Notes under the pieces: model-generated
Database searches by the model: none
Told to the model about the DNA's origin: nothing
The model's input: only the letters and a program-made list of their open reading frames with translations
Shown here: in pieces, positions 17,531 to 27,898 of the stretch
Layout: each line of letters starts with the position of its first letter
Numbering within the stretch: the first letter of the stretch is position 1
Position numbers and translations under genes: made by a program
Source of the DNA: Candidatus Hodarchaeota archaeon
GTDB taxonomy: Archaea > Asgardarchaeota > Heimdallarchaeia > Hodarchaeales > Hodarchaeaceae
Direction: 5' to 3'
Assembly: GCA_016840035.1 (NCBI GenBank)
Contig: JAEOTC010000077.1
Coordinates: forward strand, 1 to 64,000
Length of the DNA stretch: 64,000 nt

Positions 17531-20380
17531 GTGGTTTTACGTTTAGAAAAGCTGGATTTATCGAATTTTAAAACATTTCAAAAAACCTCTTTTAGTTTCA
17601 CTCCAGGACATAACGTTGTCTTAGGAGAGAATGGAGCAGGAAAATCGTCGATTTTCGAGGCTATTACCTATGGCCTGTTTGGAAGTGTCCCTGGTAAAAC
17701 TATTTCAAGTTTAATCCGTCATGACACAAGGAGAATGGAAATCACACTAGAATTTAGTGTGGATGAGAAAGATTTCGTAGTAGAACGTTCAGCAACACAT
17801 AGTACATCTTCCGCTTTACTTACAGAAAAAAATGGTAAAAGAATAGCTGAGAAAGCTAAAGCAGTAAATGAAGAAATGGGCCAAATTTTAGGTTTAGGAC
17901 AACGTGTTTTTTCCAATGTGGTCTATATTCCACAGGGACAGATTGCAGCTATTGCCTCGGAAAGGCCATCAGAGAGAAGAGAGCTTTTTGACAAAATTCT
18001 AGGTTACTACCTATATAAAATAACATCCGACCGATTACGAGTCGTTGAAAGGTCTACAGATCAATCTATCACCGCGTTTCACGATCGAATTCGAGACTTT
18101 CAAGAGGATATTAAGAGAAAAAACGAAATCGAAACCGATCTTGAGAGCTTAGAATTAAAATTAAACACTTTACAGAAGGATATTATCGATCTCAAACCAA
18201 AACTAGAGAAAGCTGTTGAGAAATACGAGGAATTAAACAATGAGAGAGAAACTATTAATCAAATTGAGGAGAGATTAAAATCAAAGGAACAAGAGATAGA
18301 AAAACGTAAAAATGAATCTAAAGATTTGATTATATCATTAGAAGAATTAACCAAAAAATCTATACCTTCAGACATAAAAGAAGTAAAAGAACTGAAAACT
18401 GAAAATACAATGAAGTTATCACATCTAGAAGAGAGTCTAAAAAAACTTGATTTGAAAGTGGAGGAGGGGAAGAATGTAAGGAGTGTTTTATCAGAGCTAA
18501 CAAAAAGAAAAGCAAGCTTAGAATCTCAAATCGATACGATTAACACTAAAATAAGTAATTTGGCGCATGAAATTGGTGTGAAGTCGCAAAATTATCAGAA
18601 AGAATTAACAACAATTAAAACGAGAAGTGAACAGCTTAAAGAATCGAAAATCGTCATCAAAAGGAGAATCGATGAGGTAATCTTGAAAGAAAAGGAGTTG
18701 AGTGTGTTAGAAGAGAAAAAAAATACTATCCTTGAAGATAGTGAAGGAATAAGCGTAAAAAAGAAAGACCTCGAAGCTACACTTTCCAGTATTCTTCCAG
18801 ATTGGAGGACATCTCTTGAAGAAATCCTCAACGTTGATCTTTCAGTACTCAAGATAAAGCAAGAAAAACTTCTTCAGAATCAGAACTTAAAAAATACGAC
18901 AATACAGGGAAAGATTACAAGTTTACAAGATCAAGTGGAAAATGAATCTAAATTATTGAGCTTAATCAAAACAAAGAATATCGAAAATTGTCCATTGTGC
19001 GAACAATCACTCAATGACTCTCATAGAAAGAATATCAAGGCAACTAAGAGGACAAAGATAAAGGAGATCAGGCAAGAAATAAAGAAACTGACCAAAGAGA
19101 AGCAGTTAAATGATCTTGCCATCAAGAAGTCAATAGATAGCCTGGAAGATATTAATAAGCGAGAAAAGAACCAAATTTCGCTACAACTTCATGCTAAAGA
19201 ATTAAAAGATTTCCAATCAACCATCAAGGACTTGAAGAAAAATTTAGGGAGAGTGGAGAGCAGTATTGAAGATCTCAAAGATCCTTCAAAAATTTATAAC
19301 GAGCTTGAAATCGAGCTTGAGAAGATTGAATCAGATCAGAACATTTTAGGAGATCGAATCAATCGGATTGAAAATATACTGATATTAAGTGAACAACTAG
19401 GTAATTTTCGATCTGAAATGGATTCTATTATCAAGGAAGTATCAAATAATCAAAAGAATTTCAATTATTTGGAACTAGAAGAGAATATCAAAGTATTAAA
19501 ATATCAAAAACAAGACCAAAAGCACATCCTGAACATAATCCCACGTTTGGAGACATTGATTAGTACCCACGACTCGATTGAACAATTAATTGAAGAACAA
19601 ATTACTATAAAATTGGATCTTTCATCTAAATTAGACGAGTTTGATGAAAAAACATTTCGTAAATTTAAAAATCGTGTGGAGAAACTAAAGACCAAGAAGG
19701 TTCAAATTGAAACCAATATCTCTAGTCTAGTAAAAGACCAAATTCCTGACAAAAAAAAGTCTCTTCGGGAGATAAGGGAGAAAGAGAAAAAATTAAAATC
19801 GATTAAACACGATTTAAAAATCACTCAATCAAAACTTGATACTATTGAGATTGTAAGGAATTTTACAAAGGAAATAGTACCAATCTTACGTAGACAACAT
19901 GTAATGGCTATTTCAGAATATTCCACAGAAATTTTTTCGTACTTGATGAATAATGAAGAATACGAGGGAATCGAGATTACCGAGGATTATGAATTGTTAA
20001 TCCTGCAATCAGGCAAGAAATATGATTTAACTATTCTTTCAGGAGGGGAACAAGTTATTGCATGTCTTGCCATTCGCTTAGCAATTGCAAAATTATTAGC
20101 CAATCAAGACATAATGCTTCTTGACGAACCTACAGTTATGCTTGATTCGTATAGGCGAAAAGAGCTAGTCGAAGTTTTTGATAAAACTAAACCTGTTCGT
20201 CAGACAATTATCGTTACCCATGATACAGAATTTGAAAGAGTTGCTGATACTACTTTCACGATCGTAAAACTTGCAGGCAGATCCACTGTAATTTCAGAGG
20301 AAATTGATCATATTGTCTCTCAACAGAAGAAATATCAGATGTTAACTAAAGAACGCTTTAAACAATTAGAAATTAGCTAG
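17531..20380 (+). CDS. rad50: Rad50 SMC-like ATPase
   Basis: Walker A GENGAGKSS, Q-loop YIPQGQI, long coiled coil with central zinc hook CPLC, signature LSGGEQ, Walker B LLDEPT, IVTH. Confidence 0.92.
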   Translation: MVLRLEKLDLSNFKTFQKTSFSFTPGHNVVLGENGAGKSSIFEAITYGLFGSVPGKTISSLIRHDTRRMEITLEFSVDEKDFVVERSATHSTSSALLTEKNGKRIAEKAKAVNEEMGQILGLGQRVFSNVVYIPQGQIAAIASERPSERRELFDKILGYYLYKITSDRLRVVERSTDQSITAFHDRIRDFQEDIKRKNEIETDLESLELKLNTLQKDIIDLKPKLEKAVEKYEELNNERETINQIEERLKSKEQEIEKRKNESKDLIISLEELTKKSIPSDIKEVKELKTENTMKLSHLEESLKKLDLKVEEGKNVRSVLSELTKRKASLESQIDTINTKISNLAHEIGVKSQNYQKELTTIKTRSEQLKESKIVIKRRIDEVILKEKELSVLEEKKNTILEDSEGISVKKKDLEATLSSILPDWRTSLEEILNVDLSVLKIKQEKLLQNQNLKNTTIQGKITSLQDQVENESKLLSLIKTKNIENCPLCEQSLNDSHRKNIKATKRTKIKEIRQEIKKLTKEKQLNDLAIKKSIDSLEDINKREKNQISLQLHAKELKDFQSTIKDLKKNLGRVESSIEDLKDPSKIYNELEIELEKIESDQNILGDRINRIENILILSEQLGNFRSEMDSIIKEVSNNQKNFNYLELEENIKVLKYQKQDQKHILNIIPRLETLISTHDSIEQLIEEQITIKLDLSSKLDEFDEKTFRKFKNRVEKLKTKKVQIETNISSLVKDQIPDKKKSLREIREKEKKLKSIKHDLKITQSKLDTIEIVRNFTKEIVPILRRQHVMAISEYSTEIFSYLMNNEEYEGIEITEDYELLILQSGKKYDLTILSGGEQVIACLAIRLAIAKLLANQDIMLLDEPTVMLDSYRRKELVEVFDKTKPVRQTIIVTHDTEFERVADTTFTIVKLAGRSTVISEEIDHIVSQQKKYQMLTKERFKQLEIS

Positions 20381-20530
20381 TTAGGATATTGTATTCTCTT
20401 GGATGCAAAGTCGTTCATAAGGAAGAGTATCACATCCTTACCGTTTTTCCGTCATTTCTGAGTCAGAGAAATGAGAATTTATGATACCCTTCTTACTCAG
20501 GAACCCTAAGTAGAAGGATGCATACCTTCT

Positions 20531-21481
20531 TTATTCTTTCGGTAAGTGAAACCGATAACTCTTAGAAATGAATTTTACATGACCAGATTTTTCAAGTTCT
20601 TGAACCATGTTGAATTCGGTACCTGAATCAGCCTCGTATGTACCAGAGAGATGTTTTTGAGTTATTTCATATGCTTGTTTTGCAATTTTGGTCACTAACA
20701 ATTTCCAGGCTGGTTCATATCCAGGACGATAAAAAGTAAATTGAACCATTGGATTTTGGCCTTCTTCAGCTCGAATAGCTCCAGCTGCTACAATTAACTC
20801 GTTTTCAAAGATTAACAACGTTTTCAGCGGACGATTTTGGATATTTCCATAGTACCTTTTTAGCTGCTCTTCTTCAGGGAATGCCTCAAGAGCAGTTTCA
20901 TCAACTCTTCCTAGTTCAATAAGAGCGGTTAAGTCTGTTTCATTTGTCAAATCGCCTTTACGAAGAGTATATTTTTCTTCTCCTTTAAATTCTAAATTCT
21001 CAGGGTTATATCGATAAGTGATGTATTTCCTATCCACTTTAAATCCGTTGGACTTTAGAAAGGTAATTTCAGCTTTTCTTTTCGATTGATATACTCCACC
21101 AGCTATTATTTGATGATTATCACCCTTATCCTTGTCACGATCAACGATATAGTTCAACACTTCTTTAAACAACTTGTCTTGAACTTCAGGAGGACATTCA
21201 TCCATTGCATGGGGATAACTGATCTCTGTAGCGTTGAATCGATTCATAAAATGACTCTGAACATACGCTAGAGGTTTTCCATCTGATGTAAGTGCATATC
21301 TAAAAGCATTAACATCTGGAGGATCGTTTTCATTCCGTTCCTTTATTTGCTTTACAACCTCATCTTTTGGAGGTACAGGATAATCTCGATCTGGGATACG
21401 ATTCTGAGCAGTTACAAATATCTCTGCTTGAATTTCCTCCAAACCCTCATTCGGTTGAAATTTTCGATAAACAATATCCAT
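20531..21481 (-). CDS. Hypothetical protein, probable tandem GNAT-like fold
   Basis: Two halves with GNAT-like beta/alpha patterns (DGKPLAYV...FLKSNGF; ENELIVAAG); ATG 21481 with a GTGTGA SD-like site (track start 21565). Confidence 0.55.
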   Translation of the reverse strand: MDIVYRKFQPNEGLEEIQAEIFVTAQNRIPDRDYPVPPKDEVVKQIKERNENDPPDVNAFRYALTSDGKPLAYVQSHFMNRFNATEISYPHAMDECPPEVQDKLFKEVLNYIVDRDKDKGDNHQIIAGGVYQSKRKAEITFLKSNGFKVDRKYITYRYNPENLEFKGEEKYTLRKGDLTNETDLTALIELGRVDETALEAFPEEEQLKRYYGNIQNRPLKTLLIFENELIVAAGAIRAEEGQNPMVQFTFYRPGYEPAWKLLVTKIAKQAYEITQKHLSGTYEADSGTEFNMVQELEKSGHVKFISKSYRFHLPKE

Positions 21482-21705
21482 TGGTATCACACTTATGGGA
21501 CTTACCCCATCCAACTTAAATATTTTTCCAAGATTTGGCATAAATATCAGAAATTGGAATATCAAAAATAATTGGAAATAAGGTAAATTTGCCAGTATCT
21601 TTTTAAGGAAGAGGTAGAGGATTATACTTAGGGGAAAACTCTCAAATTTCCTTTATTTGTATATAATATAGAAATAAACTACTTATACTGGAGAGATAAC
21701 GAATT

Positions 21706-23742
21706 ATGTCAACTCACGGAAAAAATGTGCTGATTATAGGGGAAAAATCCTCTCAAGTGCGAACTTTCTGTGAGACTCTCCTCCCTGCAATAAAGACAAA
21801 GAAAGTTGGTAAACGTATATATACTCGTTCGGGTCCATGGAAAGGCAACAATCTGACTTTTCTTCCTTTGTCAGGTCATATTACCACAGTTGATACAAAA
21901 AAAGGTTACGGGTGGGGAGAAACTGCTCCAATCAATATTGTACAGGATCCTAAAGCACTTATTATCAAAGAGAATTATGAATTTCGGAAAATTATACGTG
22001 AACTAGCGACTAAAAGCGAAGAACTCTGGTTAGCGACCGATCCTGATTCAGAAGGAGATAATATTGCCTATGAAGCCTATAAAATTGCAATTCGGGCCAA
22101 TCCCATATTAAGAGTTAATACTCGGAGAGTATGGAATTCGTCTCTAACTTCTGTTGAAATTTTACGGGCCTTCAATCAATTAGCAAATTGGTCTGTTAAT
22201 CAGGCATTAGCTGTACAAGGCAGAAGAATGGTAGATGCCTGGGTGGGTTTTGCTGGGACTCGAGAAGTAACTATTGCTGCACGAAAAGTTCGAAATGAGC
22301 GGGGTCTTGTTTTATCTGTCGGTCGAGTCCAACTACCTACTCTTAAGTTGATTGTGGATAAGGATATTGAACGTACAGAGTTTCTTGTACAAGAAAAGTA
22401 TAATATTCTTGCAGATCTACTGGATGAGAGTAGAAAACAGATTTTAGTGTCTGTTCAGCATGATAAATCCCCTTTTACCAACGAAAACGATGTTCAGACG
22501 ATTCTTGATAAGTTAAAAAAATCCACTTTAGGGAAGATTTCTTCATTTCAACAAAAACAGACTAAGATTCCACCTCCGCGTCCTATGAACACTACTGACG
22601 CGATAGCGTTACTTTCCCGTCAATTAAAACTGAAAGCTGATAACGCCCTAGAAATTCTCGCAACTCTTTACGAACAGGGATACATCTCCTACCCAAGGAC
22701 TGAGAATAGACAATTTAAATCAAATTTCCCTCATAACGAAATTCTTACGAACCTCCAGTCTCACCCTCCTTATAAACCATTTTTTCAACAGATTAAAACA
22801 ATGACTCAGGTTCGTACGAATGGACGGAAACAAGGAACTGAAGATCATGATCCTATCCATCCAACTGGGGAAATTCCATCGATTGGAGGAAAAATAACTC
22901 CCTTACACCTTAAAAGTTGGACCTTTATTGCTCGTTGGTATATTGGGATGTTTATGGAAGACCTCATCCAACAGCGTGGTACAGTAAGATTAGCAATCAA
23001 AGAAGAACCTTTTTCCCAGAAATATCAATCCACAGAATCACTTGGGTGGACTGAAGCAATGAACTGGAGAAGACCCCGTGAAACTCCCTCATTCTCCTTC
23101 GAAGCAGGTCAGATCGTACAAGTCCGTAATATACGGTCAGAAGCCTTTAAAACGAAGCCTCCTGCCCGATGGAGTGATGCTACCTTAATTAAACGATTAG
23201 AAAAACTCAAAATCGGTACGAAATCTTCCCGTCCAGATGTTATTAAGAAACTTGAATTAAGACAATATATCGTACGAAAAGGAAACTCCTATGAAAGTAC
23301 CAATACTGGTAAAACAATCATTACTGTATTTAATGCGATTTGGCCTGATTTAGTTACACCCAAATTTACCAGACAGGTTGAAATTCGAATGGATGAGGTG
23401 GCATCTGAAACCTGCTCGTATGACATGATGCTTGAAACTATTCGTTCAGAATATCTTTTCCTGCATCAAAAATTACTTTCCCAAATCGAAAATCTCCAAG
23501 ATCAACTAAAAGAAGCCTTTTCTGATCTTGGAAGTTCAACCTATAAAAAGAGGAAATCTCACTTTTCCACCAAGCAGCGTAAATCAAAGACTGAAAACGC
23601 TTCTTACCCTTGTCCTGCTTGTAACTCCGGTAACCTACGTGAAAGAACCAATTCCCGTACAGGGGAGAAATTCTTCGGTTGTTCTCGATACCCAGCTTGC
23701 AGTTTCACAAGTTCAAGGAATATCTACAAAAAAAAAGGATAA
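21706..23742 (+). CDS. topA: Type IA DNA topoisomerase with C-terminal C4 zinc ribbon
   Basis: TOPRIM IGEKSS, LSGH, ATDPDSEG, SVGRVQLPTL, catalytic GYISYPRT, HDPIHPT, IGTKSSR, CPAC...FFGCSRYPAC. Confidence 0.92.
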   Translation: MSTHGKNVLIIGEKSSQVRTFCETLLPAIKTKKVGKRIYTRSGPWKGNNLTFLPLSGHITTVDTKKGYGWGETAPINIVQDPKALIIKENYEFRKIIRELATKSEELWLATDPDSEGDNIAYEAYKIAIRANPILRVNTRRVWNSSLTSVEILRAFNQLANWSVNQALAVQGRRMVDAWVGFAGTREVTIAARKVRNERGLVLSVGRVQLPTLKLIVDKDIERTEFLVQEKYNILADLLDESRKQILVSVQHDKSPFTNENDVQTILDKLKKSTLGKISSFQQKQTKIPPPRPMNTTDAIALLSRQLKLKADNALEILATLYEQGYISYPRTENRQFKSNFPHNEILTNLQSHPPYKPFFQQIKTMTQVRTNGRKQGTEDHDPIHPTGEIPSIGGKITPLHLKSWTFIARWYIGMFMEDLIQQRGTVRLAIKEEPFSQKYQSTESLGWTEAMNWRRPRETPSFSFEAGQIVQVRNIRSEAFKTKPPARWSDATLIKRLEKLKIGTKSSRPDVIKKLELRQYIVRKGNSYESTNTGKTIITVFNAIWPDLVTPKFTRQVEIRMDEVASETCSYDMMLETIRSEYLFLHQKLLSQIENLQDQLKEAFSDLGSSTYKKRKSHFSTKQRKSKTENASYPCPACNSGNLRERTNSRTGEKFFGCSRYPACSFTSSRNIYKKKG

Positions 23743-23882
23743 TTTTCAGAAAATTCTTCAATCGTGGATCTACATACTTTTTGTGTCACAACCACTACAT
23801 TTTTGTTACGAGTGATTTTCATCGATTCTTGGATTGATTCCCTTTTTTACCTATACTAAGCTTTTAGGATACCAGATTATAA

Positions 23883-25340
23883 ATGACAATTAAAGTTGCA
23901 GAGAAACGGATGAATTCAGTAGGAGTTGATGTAGGCACCAGCACTTCTCATCTGGTCTTTTCGGAGTTAGTTCTCAAGAAAGACCCTTCATCAAAAACAG
24001 AAAAATTCTACGTCGCTGAACGCAACATAAAACATCGAGGAGACATTATTTTTACTCCTTTACGCCCTACAACCAATGAAATTGATATTGACCGCCTTTT
24101 ACCTGCTCTCCTCCACGAATATCAGAAAGCGAACATTGATCCAGCCACCATAGATTCTGGGGCAGTTATCATCACTGGTGAGTCTGCTAAACGTAATAAT
24201 GCAGAGAAAATTGTTCAATTCCTGGCTAAGGAAGCTCAACTTGGTAATTTTGTCGCTAGTACTGCTGGACCCAACTTCGAATCAATGATCTCTGCATATG
24301 GGTCAGGAGCTGTGACCTATTCCGCAACTCATGGGAAAAAGATCATTCATTCTGATGTGGGAGGCGGAACCTCGAACATTGCTGTCATTGATAATGGTAT
24401 TATTACTGCTACAGCATGTATAAATGTTGGAGGTAGATTATTAGCATTTAATGATGCTAATGAGATTATTCGCTTGGAACCTGCTGGAGTTTGGGTTTTA
24501 GAGGCATGTAACCTGACTCATAAGTTAGGTGAGAAAATAACTGAAGAAGAAAAACTTCTTGTAAGTCAAAAATTAGCTGATTCATTGCTTGAAGTACTTA
24601 AGGGTGAAAAGCTCTCTAAACTTACGCAAAAACTGATGATGACGGAAAATCTTCCTCAAGAATGCTTTGAGAATAGTCCTGCTGTTAGTTTCTCTGGAGG
24701 TGTGGCGGAATTCATTTATCAAAAATCTGATGAGGAATTCCACGATCTTGGAAAGCTACTGGGAAATCACATACGATCTCTCCTCAGTGAAAACAATTTG
24801 GAGCAAATTGAAACTCCAGAGAAAATTAGAGCAACTGTTATTGGTGCTAGCGGACATACACTAAACGTAAGTGGGTCAACAACATTTATTTCGAAGGATC
24901 GAAGTAAAATTGACCTTCCTGTTCGTAATTTACCTGTAGTTCTCCCCCAAATCGACAGACAACTTCTATCAATTGATTATGTTGCCACCCAGATTCGCAA
25001 TGCCTTTCTGAGAATGGATATTGAAGAGGGCGAAGATAACTTTGTCTTGGCTTTTATAGATCCTGTCCGTTCAGTTTATGAAAAATTAACAATTTTTTCA
25101 AAAGGAATTGTGAAAGGATTACCTAAAACAATACAATCTGAAAAACCAATTTTTCTTGTCTTTGAAACAGATATTGGTAACTCTGTAGGGAATGTCATGA
25201 AAAGAGAAACAGGAATCTCAAATGAAATCCTCTCTTTAGATGAAATTTCTATCAAAGAGGGTGATTTTCTGGATTGCGGAAAACCACTGTTTGAGGATCG
25301 TGTATTCCCTATAGTCATAAAATCATTAATCTTCGGTTGA
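23883..25340 (+). CDS. eutA: EutA-like reactivating factor for B12-dependent lyase (ASKHA fold)
   Basis: SVGVDVGTSTSHLVFS, IFTPL, GAVIITGESA..NA, FVASTAGPNFES, DVGGGTSN, NVGGRL, FSGGVAE, IRATVIGA, PIVIKSLIF. Confidence 0.88.
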   Translation: MTIKVAEKRMNSVGVDVGTSTSHLVFSELVLKKDPSSKTEKFYVAERNIKHRGDIIFTPLRPTTNEIDIDRLLPALLHEYQKANIDPATIDSGAVIITGESAKRNNAEKIVQFLAKEAQLGNFVASTAGPNFESMISAYGSGAVTYSATHGKKIIHSDVGGGTSNIAVIDNGIITATACINVGGRLLAFNDANEIIRLEPAGVWVLEACNLTHKLGEKITEEEKLLVSQKLADSLLEVLKGEKLSKLTQKLMMTENLPQECFENSPAVSFSGGVAEFIYQKSDEEFHDLGKLLGNHIRSLLSENNLEQIETPEKIRATVIGASGHTLNVSGSTTFISKDRSKIDLPVRNLPVVLPQIDRQLLSIDYVATQIRNAFLRMDIEEGEDNFVLAFIDPVRSVYEKLTIFSKGIVKGLPKTIQSEKPIFLVFETDIGNSVGNVMKRETGISNEILSLDEISIKEGDFLDCGKPLFEDRVFPIVIKSLIFG

Positions 25341-25370
25341 AAAATTAGCAATATAGGTGTTATTTTAAAT

Positions 25371-25862
25371 TTGAAAGTTTTAGGCTTGATCTCTGATACA
25401 CATATCCCCTCGAGACGTGGGGAATTACCCAAAAACGTTTTAGATGCTTTTAAAGATGTTGACATGATTCTACATGCAGGAGATTTTGAGGAACTTGATG
25501 TGGCTGATACCCTTGAATCTATAGCACCCCTGATAGCAGTCCATGGAAATATGTGTAATTTGGAAGTGAAGAGAAAATTTCCCCCCAAATTAACCCTCAA
25601 AGTTGAGGATCTTACAATAGGTCTCACACATGGAAATGGTAGACCATCAAGTTTCTTCGGTCGGGTGCAGGATCTTTTTCAAAAAGATAATCCGAATATA
25701 ATCATCTCTGGTCACACTCACCATCCAGCAGCTGAAGTCATTAATGGCATCCTAATGTTAAATCCTGGATCGCCAACTGATAAGCGATTTGCTCCTAAAA
25801 ATACTGTCTTAATTCTAGAAATTAACAATTCGAAGTATAAGTATCAATTTATCGATGTTTAA
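25371..25862 (+). CDS. YfcE/MJ0936/Vps29-like metallophosphoesterase
   Basis: ISDTH, HAGD, VHGN, THG, SGHTH, NPGS. Confidence 0.9.
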   Translation: MKVLGLISDTHIPSRRGELPKNVLDAFKDVDMILHAGDFEELDVADTLESIAPLIAVHGNMCNLEVKRKFPPKLTLKVEDLTIGLTHGNGRPSSFFGRVQDLFQKDNPNIIISGHTHHPAAEVINGILMLNPGSPTDKRFAPKNTVLILEINNSKYKYQFIDV

Positions 25863-25908
25863 GGACCACCCTCTAATTAAAGGAAATATGATTTGATTCT
25901 TTTTCAAT

Positions 25909-26727
25909 TTAAGGAATTCCTCTTGGATCCCAAGTGATTGATGTATCTTCGTTTAACATATCTATAGTCTCTAAATCGTTCGTAGATAGAGTAAAATCGA
26001 AAACGTCTGCATTTTGTTGTAAATGATCTTTAGTTGCACTCTTTGGGATTGTCGGAACATTATGCTGTAAACACCAACGAATCAGAATTTGTGCAGGAGA
26101 TTTTCCATATTTTTCTCCAATTTCATGCAATGTTTTATTTCCGAGATATTTCCCTTTGGTTAATGGACTATATGCTTGCAACTGGATATTTTTTTCCTTG
26201 CAATATTCCAAAAGATCTTTGTTATACCACCAGGGATGGAATTCAACTTGGTTCACTGCAGGAATAATCGAACATGTGCCGAGGAGTTCTTCTAAATGCC
26301 TGATCACAAAATTACTAACACCTATCGCTTTCACTCTTTCTGTTTCTAATAACGATTCGAGTGCAGCCCACGATTTTAATCTCAAATTTGTGACAGGCCA
26401 ATGAATTAAATAAAGATCGATATAATCCAGACCAAATTGATCCATGCTTTTATCAAATGCATTTAGGGCCTTTTCATATCCATGATCACTGTTCCAGAGT
26501 TTGGAGGTCACAAAAAGCTCCTTTCGATCAACAGTACTTGTTGCAACCGCTTTACCCACCTCTCGTTCATTCCCATAGAAAGCTGCAGTATCGAATAATC
26601 GATAACCAATGTCAATAGCCCACTCAAAAACTCGATCAGCTTCTTCGGGTCTTATTAGGTAAACCCCCAAACCTAGATACGGCATTTTGGTACCATTGTT
26701 AAGCTGTACCTTACTCGAAAACTCCAT
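25909..26727 (-). CDS. Aldo/keto reductase
   Basis: GLGVY, GYRLFDTAAFYGNE, LFVTSKLW, DLYLIHWP, IGVSNF, NQVE, AYSPL, IPKS. Confidence 0.95.
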   Translation of the reverse strand: MEFSSKVQLNNGTKMPYLGLGVYLIRPEEADRVFEWAIDIGYRLFDTAAFYGNEREVGKAVATSTVDRKELFVTSKLWNSDHGYEKALNAFDKSMDQFGLDYIDLYLIHWPVTNLRLKSWAALESLLETERVKAIGVSNFVIRHLEELLGTCSIIPAVNQVEFHPWWYNKDLLEYCKEKNIQLQAYSPLTKGKYLGNKTLHEIGEKYGKSPAQILIRWCLQHNVPTIPKSATKDHLQQNADVFDFTLSTNDLETIDMLNEDTSITWDPRGIP

Positions 26728-26807
26728 TCACTCTACATCCTCTTTGTTTATTCAAAATGATTCTAAGGAGATGGGTGATTGATGAACCATCTAATTAATA
26801 TTTCTTC

Positions 26808-27755
26808 TTAAAAGAACAGAGTGGTTCCAATTAGCGCAATATAAAACCACAAGAATGCAAAAGCCATCAAAATTGAAGCAGTTTTAAAAATTTTAAAGCT
26901 AAGTTTTTGAGAGGGGGTAATTAAGTTCTTTACTGCTAAATAGAGGACAAACGCATTAATCACCAGAAGGGGAGTCAAGAGAATTAATTCAATACTTAGA
27001 ACAAATCCTGTAGATATAATTAATATGCTGCTAATAATAGCTGAAATGGTAATAACTTGTATAGTCTCTGTTTGGCCACGAACAATCGGCCAAACTGGAA
27101 TATTAGCCTCCTGATAGCCACTTAAATTTTCTGGAATGAGTGCAAGAGTTAAGAAGTGTAAAGGGATCCAACAGACCACAAATAGCCCCATCAATATCCC
27201 TGCAACAGTGATAGAATTTGTAACAGCAGTTACGCCAGCTAATGCGGGAAATCCACCTGCTAATCCTCCAAATACAATAGAATAGCGAGTTCTCCGCTTA
27301 AGCCAGAAAGAATATACAACAATGTCAAAAAACGCCCCTAAAAATACAACAAGCATTGTTAGCGCATTTACGAATACACCAACAAAGAATCCTCCAGCAA
27401 TGGTGAAGAGAAGACCATGTTTTAATACTGTATAAGGAGGAATTTTACCTGATGGTAGCGCGCGTTCTTTAGTCCGTTTCATCAATGAATCAATATCACG
27501 ATCAATATACATATTCAGGAGTGTACTCCCTGAAACCGCTAAAAATAATCCAGTTATTAACCATAAAAAGGTCATTACATTAAAATTATTTACCCAAGCG
27601 GTTATCAAATAAGCAAAAATAGTCGTGTACACCAATAAAAAGGTCTGCTTTGTTTTGATTAGCTCACCGTAAAGAGAAAAAGGTGTAGTTTGTGAAGTAG
27701 TTAGAACTGTCTCTTCATAAGAAGTATATTGAGCAGGGGGCTTGTCATTTGCCAT
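26808..27755 (-). CDS. ctaB: Protoheme IX farnesyltransferase (heme O synthase), copy 2
   Basis: UbiA-family NMYIDRDIDSLMKRTKERALPSG, VYSFWLKRRT, GGLAGGFP, W.PLHF. Confidence 0.88.
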   Translation of the reverse strand: MANDKPPAQYTSYEETVLTTSQTTPFSLYGELIKTKQTFLLVYTTIFAYLITAWVNNFNVMTFLWLITGLFLAVSGSTLLNMYIDRDIDSLMKRTKERALPSGKIPPYTVLKHGLLFTIAGGFFVGVFVNALTMLVVFLGAFFDIVVYSFWLKRRTRYSIVFGGLAGGFPALAGVTAVTNSITVAGILMGLFVVCWIPLHFLTLALIPENLSGYQEANIPVWPIVRGQTETIQVITISAIISSILIISTGFVLSIELILLTPLLVINAFVLYLAVKNLITPSQKLSFKIFKTASILMAFAFLWFYIALIGTTLFF

Positions 27756-27898
27756 CGTGGATCTGGAGATACAACAATATTTATTTTATTACTTTGTTTA
27801 CTCCAGTTTTTCGTAGGATTTTCCAAAGTATAAAACTCAAAAAAGAAAAAAAGAAGGAGATTATAGATCAACATTTATTTATATTGATCTAATATTTT

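Noticed and set aside
18100-19850. A-rich, repetitive-looking sequence
   Set aside because: Explained by the Lys/Glu-rich Rad50 coiled coil; not a DNA repeat
14120-20380. Integrated mobile element or provirus carrying the Ycf46 module and SbcCD
   Set aside because: No integrase, transposase, att-like repeats, tRNA or obvious compositional break seen
20512-20530. Hairpin AGAAGG-N7-CCTTCT after the GNAT-like gene
   Set aside because: A 6-bp stem is within chance expectation; no further support
25371-25862. True retromer Vps29 ortholog
   Set aside because: The motifs fit the widespread prokaryotic YfcE/MJ0936 family and no Vps26/Vps35-like neighbours are present; it cannot be distinguished without a phylogeny
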